DNA of 64,000 bases. Source: an uncultured Verrucomicrobiae bacterium. Lineage in GTDB: Bacteria > Verrucomicrobiota > Verrucomicrobiia > Limisphaerales > AAA164-E04. Within the stretch, counting starts at the first letter, position 1, and every line of letters starts with the position of its first letter. This document shows positions 9,400 to 18,354 of this stretch, one piece after another. The translations under genes and the position numbers were made by a program. Below the pieces are notes generated by a model. That model was not told where the DNA came from. It searched no databases and saw only the letters and a list, made by a program, of their open reading frames with translations. The DNA is taken from contig CALSPN010000046.1 of assembly GCA_943788245.1 (NCBI GenBank), positions 635 through 64,634 on the forward strand. Reading direction: 5' to 3'.

Positions 9400-10977
9400 A
9401 TGAAGGAAATCATCACAGCTACTTTCCTGGGGCTTGGCACCTTGGCAGCACAAGCTGATCTCGCACGAGGTGTGGTTTATCATGATCAAAATCGTAACGG
9501 ACAACGTGATCAAGGTGAACCAGGGGTTTCCGGCGTCCAGGTTTCAAATCAATTGGAAATTTCTACGACGGACGAAGAGGGACGATGGGAATTGCCGAGT
9601 GATGAGGATGTCACATTTTTTGTCATCAAACCGCGTGATTGGATGACGCCTGTAAATGGGCATCAACTACCGCGCTTTTTCTACACCCACAAGCCAGCAG
9701 GCTCACCTGATCAAAGTTTTCCGGGTATTGCACCCACAGGACCACTACCTTCCTCCATTGATTTTCCGCTTATACAGGCTCAGGAACCAGAAAAATTTGA
9801 AGCCGTATTTTTTGGTGACCCGCAACCCAGAAATGTCCGTGAAGTGGAATACATCGGGCACGATGTTGTCGAAGAATTAATAGGAACTTCTGCTAAATTT
9901 GGTGTGACGCTGGGTGATATCGTATTTGATGATTTGGCGGTATTCGAGCCTCTGAACGCAACCATCGCCTTGATTGGAATACCCTGGTACAACGTGATCG
10001 GTAACCATGATATTAACTACGATTCAGCAGAGGATGCCGATTCGGATGAAACCTTCACACGCACATATGGTCCAAATTATTATTCGTTTGATTATGGTCC
10101 GGTGCATTTCCTTGTGCTTGACAACATTCTCTGGGGTGGAGCCAAGCCGGAGGGTTCAGGCAGTTACAGTGGTGGTATCGAACAAACTCAACTGGATTTT
10201 ATTCGCAACGATCTTGCATTGGTTTCAGAAGATAAGCTGGTCGTCCTCATGATGCATATTCCATTGACCAACATGGCAAACCGTGAGGATCTGTATCGAC
10301 TCATCGAGCATCGTCCCTATACCTTTTCCATTTCCGGACACACTCATTGGCAAGCGCATCAATTGATCCGTAAAAAAGATGGTTGGATGGGGGCCGAGCC
10401 GCACCATCATTTGATCAATGTAACGGTCAGTGGCAGTTGGTGGAGTGGTTTGCCTGATGAATGGGGTGTTCCGCACACCACCATGCGAGACGGTGCACCG
10501 AACGGTTATACGATTCTTAAATTCTCCGAAAATCAGAAGCCTGAAATCGTTTTCAAAGCGGCTCGTGGTCCTGAAGAATTTCAAATGTCTGTGTTTGCTC
10601 CCGACAGCATTGAACTCGGAAATGTCAAAGAAACCCTTGTTTACGTCAACGTTTTCAACGGTTGGGATGATTCGGTTGTTCAGGTGCGGTGGAATAGCGA
10701 GGGTAACTGGCAGACGATGGACAAATCACTCGAAAAAGATCCGAATCATCAAGCCGTGTTTGATCGTGAGCCAGAAACTCCCCCTTCTCCCTACAATAGG
10801 ATTTCAGCCCCAGTCGATTCACGGCACCTTTGGAAAGGGAGACTGAATCCAGACATAGGAGTGGGAGTTCATGCCTTGCAGGTCAGGGCAACCGATGTGA
10901 ATGGGAAATGGCACAGGGCAGAACGTATCGTTCGGGTGAAGGAAAACGCAGTAGGCGCAACAGATCCTCAGCCTTGA
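9400..10977 (+). CDS. Secreted calcineurin-like metallophosphoesterase with an N-terminal SdrD-B/CarboxypepD-reg-like domain
   Basis: Signal peptide MKEIITATFLGLGTLAAQA; GVVYHDQNRNGQRDQGEPGVSGVQV; metallophosphatase motifs GDPQ, GDIVFDD, GNHD, MHIPL and GHTH. Confidence 0.8.
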   Translation: MKEIITATFLGLGTLAAQADLARGVVYHDQNRNGQRDQGEPGVSGVQVSNQLEISTTDEEGRWELPSDEDVTFFVIKPRDWMTPVNGHQLPRFFYTHKPAGSPDQSFPGIAPTGPLPSSIDFPLIQAQEPEKFEAVFFGDPQPRNVREVEYIGHDVVEELIGTSAKFGVTLGDIVFDDLAVFEPLNATIALIGIPWYNVIGNHDINYDSAEDADSDETFTRTYGPNYYSFDYGPVHFLVLDNILWGGAKPEGSGSYSGGIEQTQLDFIRNDLALVSEDKLVVLMMHIPLTNMANREDLYRLIEHRPYTFSISGHTHWQAHQLIRKKDGWMGAEPHHHLINVTVSGSWWSGLPDEWGVPHTTMRDGAPNGYTILKFSENQKPEIVFKAARGPEEFQMSVFAPDSIELGNVKETLVYVNVFNGWDDSVVQVRWNSEGNWQTMDKSLEKDPNHQAVFDREPETPPSPYNRISAPVDSRHLWKGRLNPDIGVGVHALQVRATDVNGKWHRAERIVRVKENAVGATDPQP

Positions 10978-11199
10978 TCATGTGTTCCAGATCCTAGGAG
11001 CGCTTGTTGGTTTATTCCATTTTGTTAGAGGCAGCCCTTGCCTCTGCAATCTATCTTACCCAGTCCAAATTTACATTCTGACTTTCATTCAGAGCGATGG
11101 ACCTCCGGGGCAAGCGAGTGTTCTGTTGGCTCCCTGATTTTCCCTGCTTTCCTTATGTTCTTGAACATCCTGAAATGCGCATCCAAGGTCAGAGGTGTC

Positions 11200-12966
11200 A
11201 TGAAGCTCCAAGCATCCTTCCCTTTGCCTTTTCGTTTCTCATTTCCTTATCCGAATGCCTTCAGTGGTATCTTTTTTTCTTTCTTCTTAAGTTTGCTGCC
11301 GCCGGTTCTCGCCGAGGATGTACCTTACCTATTTGAAAAAGATGTCATGATTCCCATGCGAGATGGGACACGTCTCGCAGCAAATATTTACAAGCCGAAC
11401 GCCAAGGGGTCATTTCCAGTGATCCTCATGCGCACACCCTATGGAAAGCCAGGGGAACAGTGGGGCGAGGCCACTCGATACACTGTCGCTGGATTTGCCA
11501 TGGTGGTTCAGGATTGTCGTGGCCGAGGCCTTTCCGAGGGCGAGTGGGATCCTTTCCGCCATGATCCCGACGATGGTTTTGATACTCAGGAATGGGTAGG
11601 GGGGCAATCGTGGTGTAACGGGAAAATCGGAACATCAGGAGGTTCTTATGTAGGTTGGACCCAATGGGCCTCAGTGGCACAAGGAAGCCCATACCTCAAG
11701 ACGATGGTTCCAACTGTGCCTTTCGGAAATGTGTTCAATGAACTTGCCTATGATGGTGGTGCCTATCAACTAGCTTTACTCATGGGGTGGGGAGCTTCGG
11801 TCGGTGGGATTGCCATGGGGCCTGAGGACATGGCAAAGGCGTATGCTTTTCTCCCTTTGCAGGAGTTTGGGAATCAGTTTAAACCCAAGGTGACCTACCT
11901 CAACGATTGGATCAAACATCATCGGTATGATGATTACTGGAGACGACGTGGCATGGGGTATGATTTTTCAAAAGTAAAAGTTCCGGTTCTGAATATCGGA
12001 GGTTGGTTTGATATTTTTTCCAAGGCAACCATCGATCTGATAGATCAGGTGCGTGCATCGTCTGACGATAAATTGGCCCGTCGCAATCAGTTTGTCGTCA
12101 TGGGGCCCTGGGCCCATGGACCTGGAGGCCGCAAAACGGGGCAACTGGATTTCGGTGAATCGGCTCGACTTGATCCAGGTCAACTGCAGATGGAGTGGTT
12201 TCAATATTGGTTGAGGGATAAGGAAACCGGTGTGGAAGATTGGCCGCCATACTATTTGTTTGTGATGGGGAGTAATCAATGGCGCGCTGAAAACGAATGG
12301 CCTTTGAAACGCACTCAATGGACGTCCTTTTACCTTCACAGTGACGGCAGAGCTGGGTCTGTCAGCAGTGATGGTCTGCTGAATACCCAAATGCCAGGGA
12401 CCGAATCCAGTGATGTTTATACCTATCACGGGGACCATCCTGTTCCCACCACAGGCGGTAACAATCTGGTTGGAGCGCCGATAGGTCCCATGGATCAAAA
12501 CGAAGTCGAAAAACGTCTCGATGTGTTGACCTACACGACTCCACCTTTGAAAGAATCAATCGAAGTGACCGGTCCGGTCAAGATGACCCTGTTTGCGGCC
12601 AGTTCGGCGCGTGATACGGATTTTACAGCCAAGCTGGTGGATGTGCATCCTGACGGCAAGGCCTATAATCTTTGTGACGGTATTGTGCGCGCACGGTTTC
12701 GCAATGGCATGGATCAGGCCATGTTGATCGAGCCTGGGAGTATCGTAGAATACGAACTAGATTTGTGGGTCACCAGCAATGTGTTCTTGCGGGGGCACCG
12801 TATTCGGCTTGAAGTTTCGAGCAGCAATTTTCCAAGATATGATCGTAATCCCAATTCCGGACTGCCCTTCGGAACGGATGTGAAGCTACTTCCCGCGCAT
12901 CAGACCATTTATCACGATGCCGCTCACCCTTCACATTTGAAGCTTCCTGTGATTCCTTCGGAATGA
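11200..12966 (+). CDS. CocE/NonD family hydrolase (S15 X-Pro dipeptidyl-peptidase-like)
   Basis: MRDGTRLAANIYKP, PVILMRTPYGK, VVQDCRGRGLSEGEW and GTSGGSYVGWTQW (nucleophile elbow GxSYxG), with a C-terminal beta-sandwich ending HRIRLEVSSSNFPRYDRN. Signal-like N-terminus from the ATG at 11200. Confidence 0.85.
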   Translation: MKLQASFPLPFRFSFPYPNAFSGIFFSFFLSLLPPVLAEDVPYLFEKDVMIPMRDGTRLAANIYKPNAKGSFPVILMRTPYGKPGEQWGEATRYTVAGFAMVVQDCRGRGLSEGEWDPFRHDPDDGFDTQEWVGGQSWCNGKIGTSGGSYVGWTQWASVAQGSPYLKTMVPTVPFGNVFNELAYDGGAYQLALLMGWGASVGGIAMGPEDMAKAYAFLPLQEFGNQFKPKVTYLNDWIKHHRYDDYWRRRGMGYDFSKVKVPVLNIGGWFDIFSKATIDLIDQVRASSDDKLARRNQFVVMGPWAHGPGGRKTGQLDFGESARLDPGQLQMEWFQYWLRDKETGVEDWPPYYLFVMGSNQWRAENEWPLKRTQWTSFYLHSDGRAGSVSSDGLLNTQMPGTESSDVYTYHGDHPVPTTGGNNLVGAPIGPMDQNEVEKRLDVLTYTTPPLKESIEVTGPVKMTLFAASSARDTDFTAKLVDVHPDGKAYNLCDGIVRARFRNGMDQAMLIEPGSIVEYELDLWVTSNVFLRGHRIRLEVSSSNFPRYDRNPNSGLPFGTDVKLLPAHQTIYHDAAHPSHLKLPVIPSE

Positions 12967-13039
12967 ATCTGGCTATTTCTGCTTAAGCCTATCATTGACT
13001 TGCGGACCTTTCAGGGTCAAACATGGGGCAGTATATATT

Positions 13040-13813
13040 ATGAGTACGTTAAAAGGAAAAATCGGTTTGGTTGCTGGAGTGGCCAATAAACGCTCGATTG
13101 CCTGGGCGATCGCAAAGGCGTGGAAAGATGCTGGTGCGAAATTGATCTTCACTTATCAGGGTGAACGTTTGAAGGACAATGTCGAACAGCTGGTGGGAAC
13201 ATTTGGTGAAGACACGTTGATGTTACCTTGTGATGTCAGTTCTGACCAACAGATCGATCAAGTTTTTGCGCAGATCAAGGAAAAGCATGGCAAACTGGAT
13301 CTGTTGCTGCATTCCATCGCATTCGCGCCCAAGGACGCACTCGAAGGGGATTTTCTGAGTACGAGTCGGGAAGCCTTTCGAGTAGCCCACGATGTGTCTG
13401 CCTATTCATTGGTGGCTCTCTCACGAGGCGCTGCTCCCTTGATGACGGATGGAGGCAGCATTGTTGCCATGTCGTATTATGGAGCTGAAAAGGTGGTGCC
13501 TCATTACAACGTCATGGGTGTTGCCAAGGCGTCTCTGGAAGCATCCACACGCTACCTTGCCTACGACCTTGGGCCGAAAAAAATTCGTGTCAATTGCATC
13601 AGTGCAGGGCCCATGAACACATTAGCGGCACGAGGGATTTCCGGATTTGGAGCGATGCTCAAGCATTATGAGGCCAATTCTCCCTTGAAACGCAATGTGC
13701 TCCCTGAAGAGCTGGGAGCTACGGGGACTTTCCTGGCTAGTGAAGGCTCTGCTTCTATCACTGGACAAGTCCTTTACGTGGACAGTGGTTATCAAATAAT
13801 GGGTATGTATTGA
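13040..13813 (+). CDS. fabI: Enoyl-[acyl-carrier-protein] reductase (NADH), FabI
   Basis: LKGKIGLVAGVANKRSIAWAIAK, HSIAFAP, the Y-x6-K region MSYYGAEKVVPHYNVMGVAKASLE, and INCISAGP. Confidence 0.92.
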   Translation: MSTLKGKIGLVAGVANKRSIAWAIAKAWKDAGAKLIFTYQGERLKDNVEQLVGTFGEDTLMLPCDVSSDQQIDQVFAQIKEKHGKLDLLLHSIAFAPKDALEGDFLSTSREAFRVAHDVSAYSLVALSRGAAPLMTDGGSIVAMSYYGAEKVVPHYNVMGVAKASLEASTRYLAYDLGPKKIRVNCISAGPMNTLAARGISGFGAMLKHYEANSPLKRNVLPEELGATGTFLASEGSASITGQVLYVDSGYQIMGMY

Positions 13814-13994
13814 GCCATGCCAGAGGTAGATTCTAAGTTTACAAATACTCTTTCAAAGCGCCATTTGCCTGATCAGGGTAGGTGGCGTTTTCCTTGTGAA
13901 ATTCATTGAGCTTTACCGATGTACGAGCACAGCGGTTTTGTGACCAATAAACGCTTTCTGCGTGATCGGGTGCTCCATACTTCTCAATGGCTCA

Positions 13995-14011
13995 TGTTGG
14001 ATCTATAAATG
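13995..14011. promoter_or_regulatory. Copy 2 of the exact 17-nt motif TGTTGGATCTATAAATG
   Basis: Identical to 5959-5975. It lies 19 nt upstream of the ATG at 14030 (+ strand gene). On the minus strand it abuts an ATG at 13995-13993. Confidence 0.3.
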
Positions 14012-14029
14012 ATCACAATCCATTTCATC

Positions 14030-14539
14030 ATGAAAAAAATAGTCACAATTTTCCTTTTGCTGATTGCGTTTTCTGACGCCAGCGCTCAAGGCGTTATCCA
14101 ATTATCCAACATCAACAGCGGTGGGCTCGTGACCTTGAATGGTAAACCGGTAGGAATTGCATGGCGTGTATCATTTGCATTGCCTGATGGAACCTTGCTG
14201 GGCAGTCCCGGTAGTGTTTCCGGGGCGGGTTTGTTCTCATCAGGGCCCCGGATCATCGATGGTATTACCGGTAAGGTGGATTTGAGTGTCGCTGCATGGG
14301 ATTCAAATGACCCATTTTTGAAGGGGGTTTCAGATCCTTTTTCAGTGACCCTTGGGAACATAGATAATCCTGCTTCCTTGCCCACGAATTTTTCAGGAGT
14401 GCACATCGCCATACCAGAACCTGGAACGCCAAGCCTTGCGGCATTGGGGATTTTGGCGAGCGTTTTTAATTTTCTCTATCGATCGAACACAAAGGTCTAT
14501 CATGCCAATCGATCATCGATACCATTCTTATGTCCTTAG
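14030..14539 (+). CDS. Small secreted protein with a PEP-CTERM-like sorting tail
   Basis: Signal peptide MKKIVTIFLLLIAFSDASAQ. The C-terminus is IPEPGTPSLAALGILASVFNFLYRSN (PEP motif + hydrophobic helix + basic residue). Confidence 0.6.
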   Translation: MKKIVTIFLLLIAFSDASAQGVIQLSNINSGGLVTLNGKPVGIAWRVSFALPDGTLLGSPGSVSGAGLFSSGPRIIDGITGKVDLSVAAWDSNDPFLKGVSDPFSVTLGNIDNPASLPTNFSGVHIAIPEPGTPSLAALGILASVFNFLYRSNTKVYHANRSSIPFLCP

Positions 14540-14734
14540 CACTCATTTTCTGAGGTCTAAAGTGACAGATATGAAGGAATAACAAACTTGAGCGAAAGCA
14601 AAAACTGTTATCCGCATCTTGTTCCCATATGTATTCAAAAAACAGGTGTGTTGAGTGCTACTTGGAGTTGCGTTCCTTCGGTTTGAAGGTAACTCTTCTT
14701 TTACAAATTATGATTCACTAAAGATCAAATTTTT

Positions 14735-15742
14735 ATGAACATAAATCGTCTATCTATCGGGGGCGGCATCATCGGGTTAATGCTCGGAGTTGTTTTGCCT
14801 GTTGTCATGGGTGCTGCAGATGCAAACAGCAATTGGATCATCAAGCCTCATTTGTTTGAGTCGTTGACGGAGCCTCCTTGTTCTTATGTTTCAACTGAGA
14901 ACCGAAAAGGGTTCGTCAAACCCGATGACAAAGTCATTGCCTGGCTGCGCGGGCCTCATAACGGGGGAACCATACCATTGCGTCATTTCCTGTCTGGACC
15001 TCGTATCATCAATGATACTTATGGTCTCTTTTTTTATGATCCAGAAGGTGGATATGTGGCTTCTTATCAGAAAGACTATGGTTATGAATTTTACGGTTGG
15101 CGTGATGGGGTAATGCTCGTCCGAGATAAGGAAGGCACTATCTGGTCGGCTCTGAGCGGCCGAGCCTTGGATGGGCCGGGAAAAGGTCAACAATTGAAGC
15201 GAGTCCCTTCCGCTCCGACGACATGGGGCCATTGGCTCATGCTTCATCCTGAATCCACGGCGTATAACCTTTTTGAAGGTGATACATATTCTGAGGTCAA
15301 ACTGCCAGCAGTGGATCATTGGCAAGTTCGTGCTACAGCCGGGACAGCTGAGATTACCGAAGATCTGGTCATTGGGGTTGAGGGTTACGGTTCCAGTCGG
15401 GCCTATCCCTTGCCTCTGCGCGAGGAGCGTGTTTGCTATAATGATGTGATCGATGATATGCCTGTAACCGTTTTCTGGTATGGTCCAACACAGTCGGGTG
15501 TCGCATGGAAAAGGACGATCAATGGCAAGCTTCTTACCTTTCGAGCAGATACGATTTCGCCTGAAACGGCTCCGTTCATGGACAACGAAACAAACAGTCG
15601 CTGGACATTGGCAGGTCGTGCCGTGGATGGGCCCATGCGTGGGACGGAACTGGAATGGATTTCCAGTATTCAATGTCGCGATGATGCCTGGAAAGCCGAG
15701 TATCCCGAAACTTCCTGGTTCAAACCTGACACCCAACCATGA
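14735..15742 (+). CDS. DUF3179-like secreted protein (two tandem DUF3179-like halves)
   Basis: N-terminal TM/signal segment. The C-terminal half, SRAYPLPL...NDVIDDMPVTVFWY...FMDNETNSRWTLAGRAVDGPMRGTELEWI...AWKAEYPETSW, follows the DUF3179 pattern. The N-terminal half repeats it (INDTYGLFFYD...VRDKEGTIWSALSGRALDGPGKGQQLKRVP...WGHWLMLHPES). Confidence 0.6.
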   Translation: MNINRLSIGGGIIGLMLGVVLPVVMGAADANSNWIIKPHLFESLTEPPCSYVSTENRKGFVKPDDKVIAWLRGPHNGGTIPLRHFLSGPRIINDTYGLFFYDPEGGYVASYQKDYGYEFYGWRDGVMLVRDKEGTIWSALSGRALDGPGKGQQLKRVPSAPTTWGHWLMLHPESTAYNLFEGDTYSEVKLPAVDHWQVRATAGTAEITEDLVIGVEGYGSSRAYPLPLREERVCYNDVIDDMPVTVFWYGPTQSGVAWKRTINGKLLTFRADTISPETAPFMDNETNSRWTLAGRAVDGPMRGTELEWISSIQCRDDAWKAEYPETSWFKPDTQP

Positions 15743-16836
15743 GAATGACGCTCTTTAGTAAATCAGCACTTGGGTGCCTGATCCTTTGCGCCTGCTTCCA
15801 TGTGCTTGCCAATGATGCCCCTTTTCGGGCATGGCTGATTGATGCTGATGACTTGGCAACATTGGATGTTGATGAGATCAATCGTCAACATGTCCAACAG
15901 CTGATCCTTTCGATTCAGCAGGCACCCGATGACCAGCAGGTGGTTGACGTCAAACGGTATCATGAAAGTGGCATCAGTATCTGGTATTGGATTGAAGTAG
16001 CGCGTGATGCTGAACTGGCGACAAGCCACCCGGAGTGGATGGCCAGTATCCAGGGGCATCCTGAATGGCGACGATTCCATACGAACTTCCCCAAGGAGAA
16101 AGATCATCAAATGGTCAAGGTCTTTCCATGGGTGCCGATCTTTTATCGAGGTGCGTTTGAAGCGCAGGCAAGCAAGGTTCAAAAACTGCTCAAAACCTGG
16201 CCTGTGTCAGAGGGCGTGTTTTTGAATGACCTTCAGGGCGCTCCATCTGCTTGTGGGTGTGGGCATCCGCTCTGTCGTTGGACCACCGATTATGGGCCGA
16301 AAAAAACAGCCGAACACCTCGGTTACGATACTCCTGCTCGATTTGTTCAGCAGATCCAAAAAGCTTTTCCACATTTGGAATGCATTCCTGTATGGACGTC
16401 TGAATGTGAAGCGCATGATAAGGATGGCTGGTGTGCAGGTGTAGGTTGCTATGGTGGGGCATGCTGGCGGGAGTGGTCCAAACAATTAGAACCCCTGTCA
16501 AAACAATGCGCACGGTTGGGTGCCCTGCTCACATACAAGGATCTGGGGCGGGATCTGGATCATTACGACGAAACGGCAGGATGGGTTTCATCGGCGATCA
16601 GCAGTTTTCAAACCGAGATGAAACGTTATGATCGGCCGAGCGTTGAAGCCAGGCGACTCATCACAGTGCTTCAGGGTTGGGAAGTATCTCCAGAGGAATT
16701 AGCGGCCCAGATCAGGCAATCCAAACAGTCGGGATCGGGCGGATACGTGATTGCCAAAACACCTGTTCTCAGCCAATGGGAGCCTCGCCTGGTTTCCTTG
16801 GATGCGCTCCGGCAATCACAACTGGAAACGCGTTGA
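15739..16836 (+). CDS. Secreted Cys-rich hypothetical protein
   Basis: The start overlaps the upstream stop (ATGA at 15739-15742). Signal peptide; cysteine clusters PSACGCGHPLCRW and WTSECEAHDKDGWCAGVGCYGGACWREW. I recognise no family. Confidence 0.55.
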   Translation: MRMTLFSKSALGCLILCACFHVLANDAPFRAWLIDADDLATLDVDEINRQHVQQLILSIQQAPDDQQVVDVKRYHESGISIWYWIEVARDAELATSHPEWMASIQGHPEWRRFHTNFPKEKDHQMVKVFPWVPIFYRGAFEAQASKVQKLLKTWPVSEGVFLNDLQGAPSACGCGHPLCRWTTDYGPKKTAEHLGYDTPARFVQQIQKAFPHLECIPVWTSECEAHDKDGWCAGVGCYGGACWREWSKQLEPLSKQCARLGALLTYKDLGRDLDHYDETAGWVSSAISSFQTEMKRYDRPSVEARRLITVLQGWEVSPEELAAQIRQSKQSGSGGYVIAKTPVLSQWEPRLVSLDALRQSQLETR

Positions 16837-16925
16837 ATCGTTGAATCACGCCAAGTAAATCCGCAGAGAAATACACGCATCTTTCATTTTATTTTTTAGT
16901 AGAAGCCGATTAGGCTGCCGAGATC

Positions 16926-18284
16926 ATGTTTCAAATTACCACACAGCCTACGCAATGGTTTTCCCTCAAGATCTGTCTTCTGGCCCTTTTAGTTTCAGGT
17001 CTTCATTTTTCTCACGCGACGGATTGGCCTCAGTGGATGGGGCCTGATCGTGCCAGTATCTGGCAGGAGGACGGAATTGTTGAATCGTTTCCTGAGAGCG
17101 GGCTCAAGCGTATCTGGCGTGTCAAAGTAGGGCTTGGATACTCAGGGCCGGCCGTGGCTGATGGAAAGGTTTATCTTTTCGACTACGTCAAAAAAGAGGG
17201 GCAACTGAAAAATAATCCCAGTGGTAAAAACCTGTTGGAGGGTCGCGAACGCTTGCTTTGTCTGGATGCCGCAACAGGTGCCACTGAGTGGGTATACGAT
17301 TATATACAATACTACAATCTATCCTATGCGGCTGGTCCACGCAGCACGCCTACGGTGCATCAGGGCAAAGTTTTTATTCTAGGTGCCGAGGGGCGGTTGA
17401 GTTGCTTGTCTGCTAAAGATGGAAAGCTGATTTGGCACAAGGATTTCAAAAAAGAGTATGACATTGAAACGCCGATCTGGGGCTTTTCAAGCCATCCTCT
17501 GGCCAAAGGGGATACTCTCTACAGTTTAGTAGGAGGAGAGGGGAGTGTGTTAGTGGCATTTGATGCGGATACGGGGGATGAAAAATGGCGTGCTCTGTCG
17601 GCTCCGGAACCTGGTTACGGTCCTCCAACCTGGATTGAGCACGGAGGTGTTTCGCAGTTGCTCATCTGGCACCCCGAATCATTGAACAGTCTCAATCCCG
17701 AAACAGGCGAATCCCATTGGTCTATTCCTCTGAAACCTGGCTACAATCTCTCCATCGCGGCTCCAAGATTATATGAAGATTCATTATTCGTCAGTGCCAT
17801 TGGAAATGTTGGGGCGATGATTGAGTTGGATCCCCTCAAGCCCGCTGCCAGGATTGCCTGGAGGGGAAATGCTCGGAGTGCTCTGTACTCTGTCAATGTG
17901 ACTCCCTTCATTGAAGACGGCATTATTTATGGTTGCGATGTTGAATCAAGTGCATTCATGGCGGTACGACTTGAAGATGGAAAGCGCCTCTGGGAAACGC
18001 ATCAGCCCACGATTGGTGAAGGGAATTCAGGGCGCCATGGGACTGCCTTTGTCGTCCAACATGAAGACCGCTATTTTCTATTCAGTGAGACAGGGGATTT
18101 GATCCTTGCCCGGCTCACAGCTGAATCATATCACGAAATCAGCCGGGCCCATCTTCTGGATCCGACCAATGAAGCCTTCGGGCGTGATGTTGTCTGGAGC
18201 CATCCCGCATTTGCACATCAGAATATTTATGTTCGAAATGACAAAGAGATTGTTTGTGTAAGTCTTGCAAAAAAGGATTATTAA
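16926..18284 (+). CDS. Secreted PQQ-like beta-propeller repeat protein (BamB-like fold)
   Basis: Signal peptide, then DWPQWMGPDR, GYSGPAVADGKVYLFD, GKVFILGAEGRLSCLSAKDGKLIW and other recurring propeller-blade motifs. Confidence 0.8.
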   Translation: MFQITTQPTQWFSLKICLLALLVSGLHFSHATDWPQWMGPDRASIWQEDGIVESFPESGLKRIWRVKVGLGYSGPAVADGKVYLFDYVKKEGQLKNNPSGKNLLEGRERLLCLDAATGATEWVYDYIQYYNLSYAAGPRSTPTVHQGKVFILGAEGRLSCLSAKDGKLIWHKDFKKEYDIETPIWGFSSHPLAKGDTLYSLVGGEGSVLVAFDADTGDEKWRALSAPEPGYGPPTWIEHGGVSQLLIWHPESLNSLNPETGESHWSIPLKPGYNLSIAAPRLYEDSLFVSAIGNVGAMIELDPLKPAARIAWRGNARSALYSVNVTPFIEDGIIYGCDVESSAFMAVRLEDGKRLWETHQPTIGEGNSGRHGTAFVVQHEDRYFLFSETGDLILARLTAESYHEISRAHLLDPTNEAFGRDVVWSHPAFAHQNIYVRNDKEIVCVSLAKKDY

Positions 18285-18354
18285 TCTTTGGTGTCATACC
18301 AAGCTAGGGGAATTTTAATGCTCCGTTTTTAACAGTGGCGAATACTTGGTGAAA

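Noticed and set aside
11968-12498. 176-aa antisense ORF in the CocE/NonD gene; similar cases at 52967-53503, 53907-54437, 54795-55283 and 22762-23235
   Set aside because: All overlap well-supported genes on the opposite strand and lack motifs.
14891-15736. 281-aa minus-strand ORF covering almost the whole DUF3179 gene
   Set aside because: The + strand ORF has a signal/TM start, family-like motifs and ATGA coupling to the next gene. The antisense product is R/P/C/T-rich with no recognisable motif, so it is treated as a shadow ORF.
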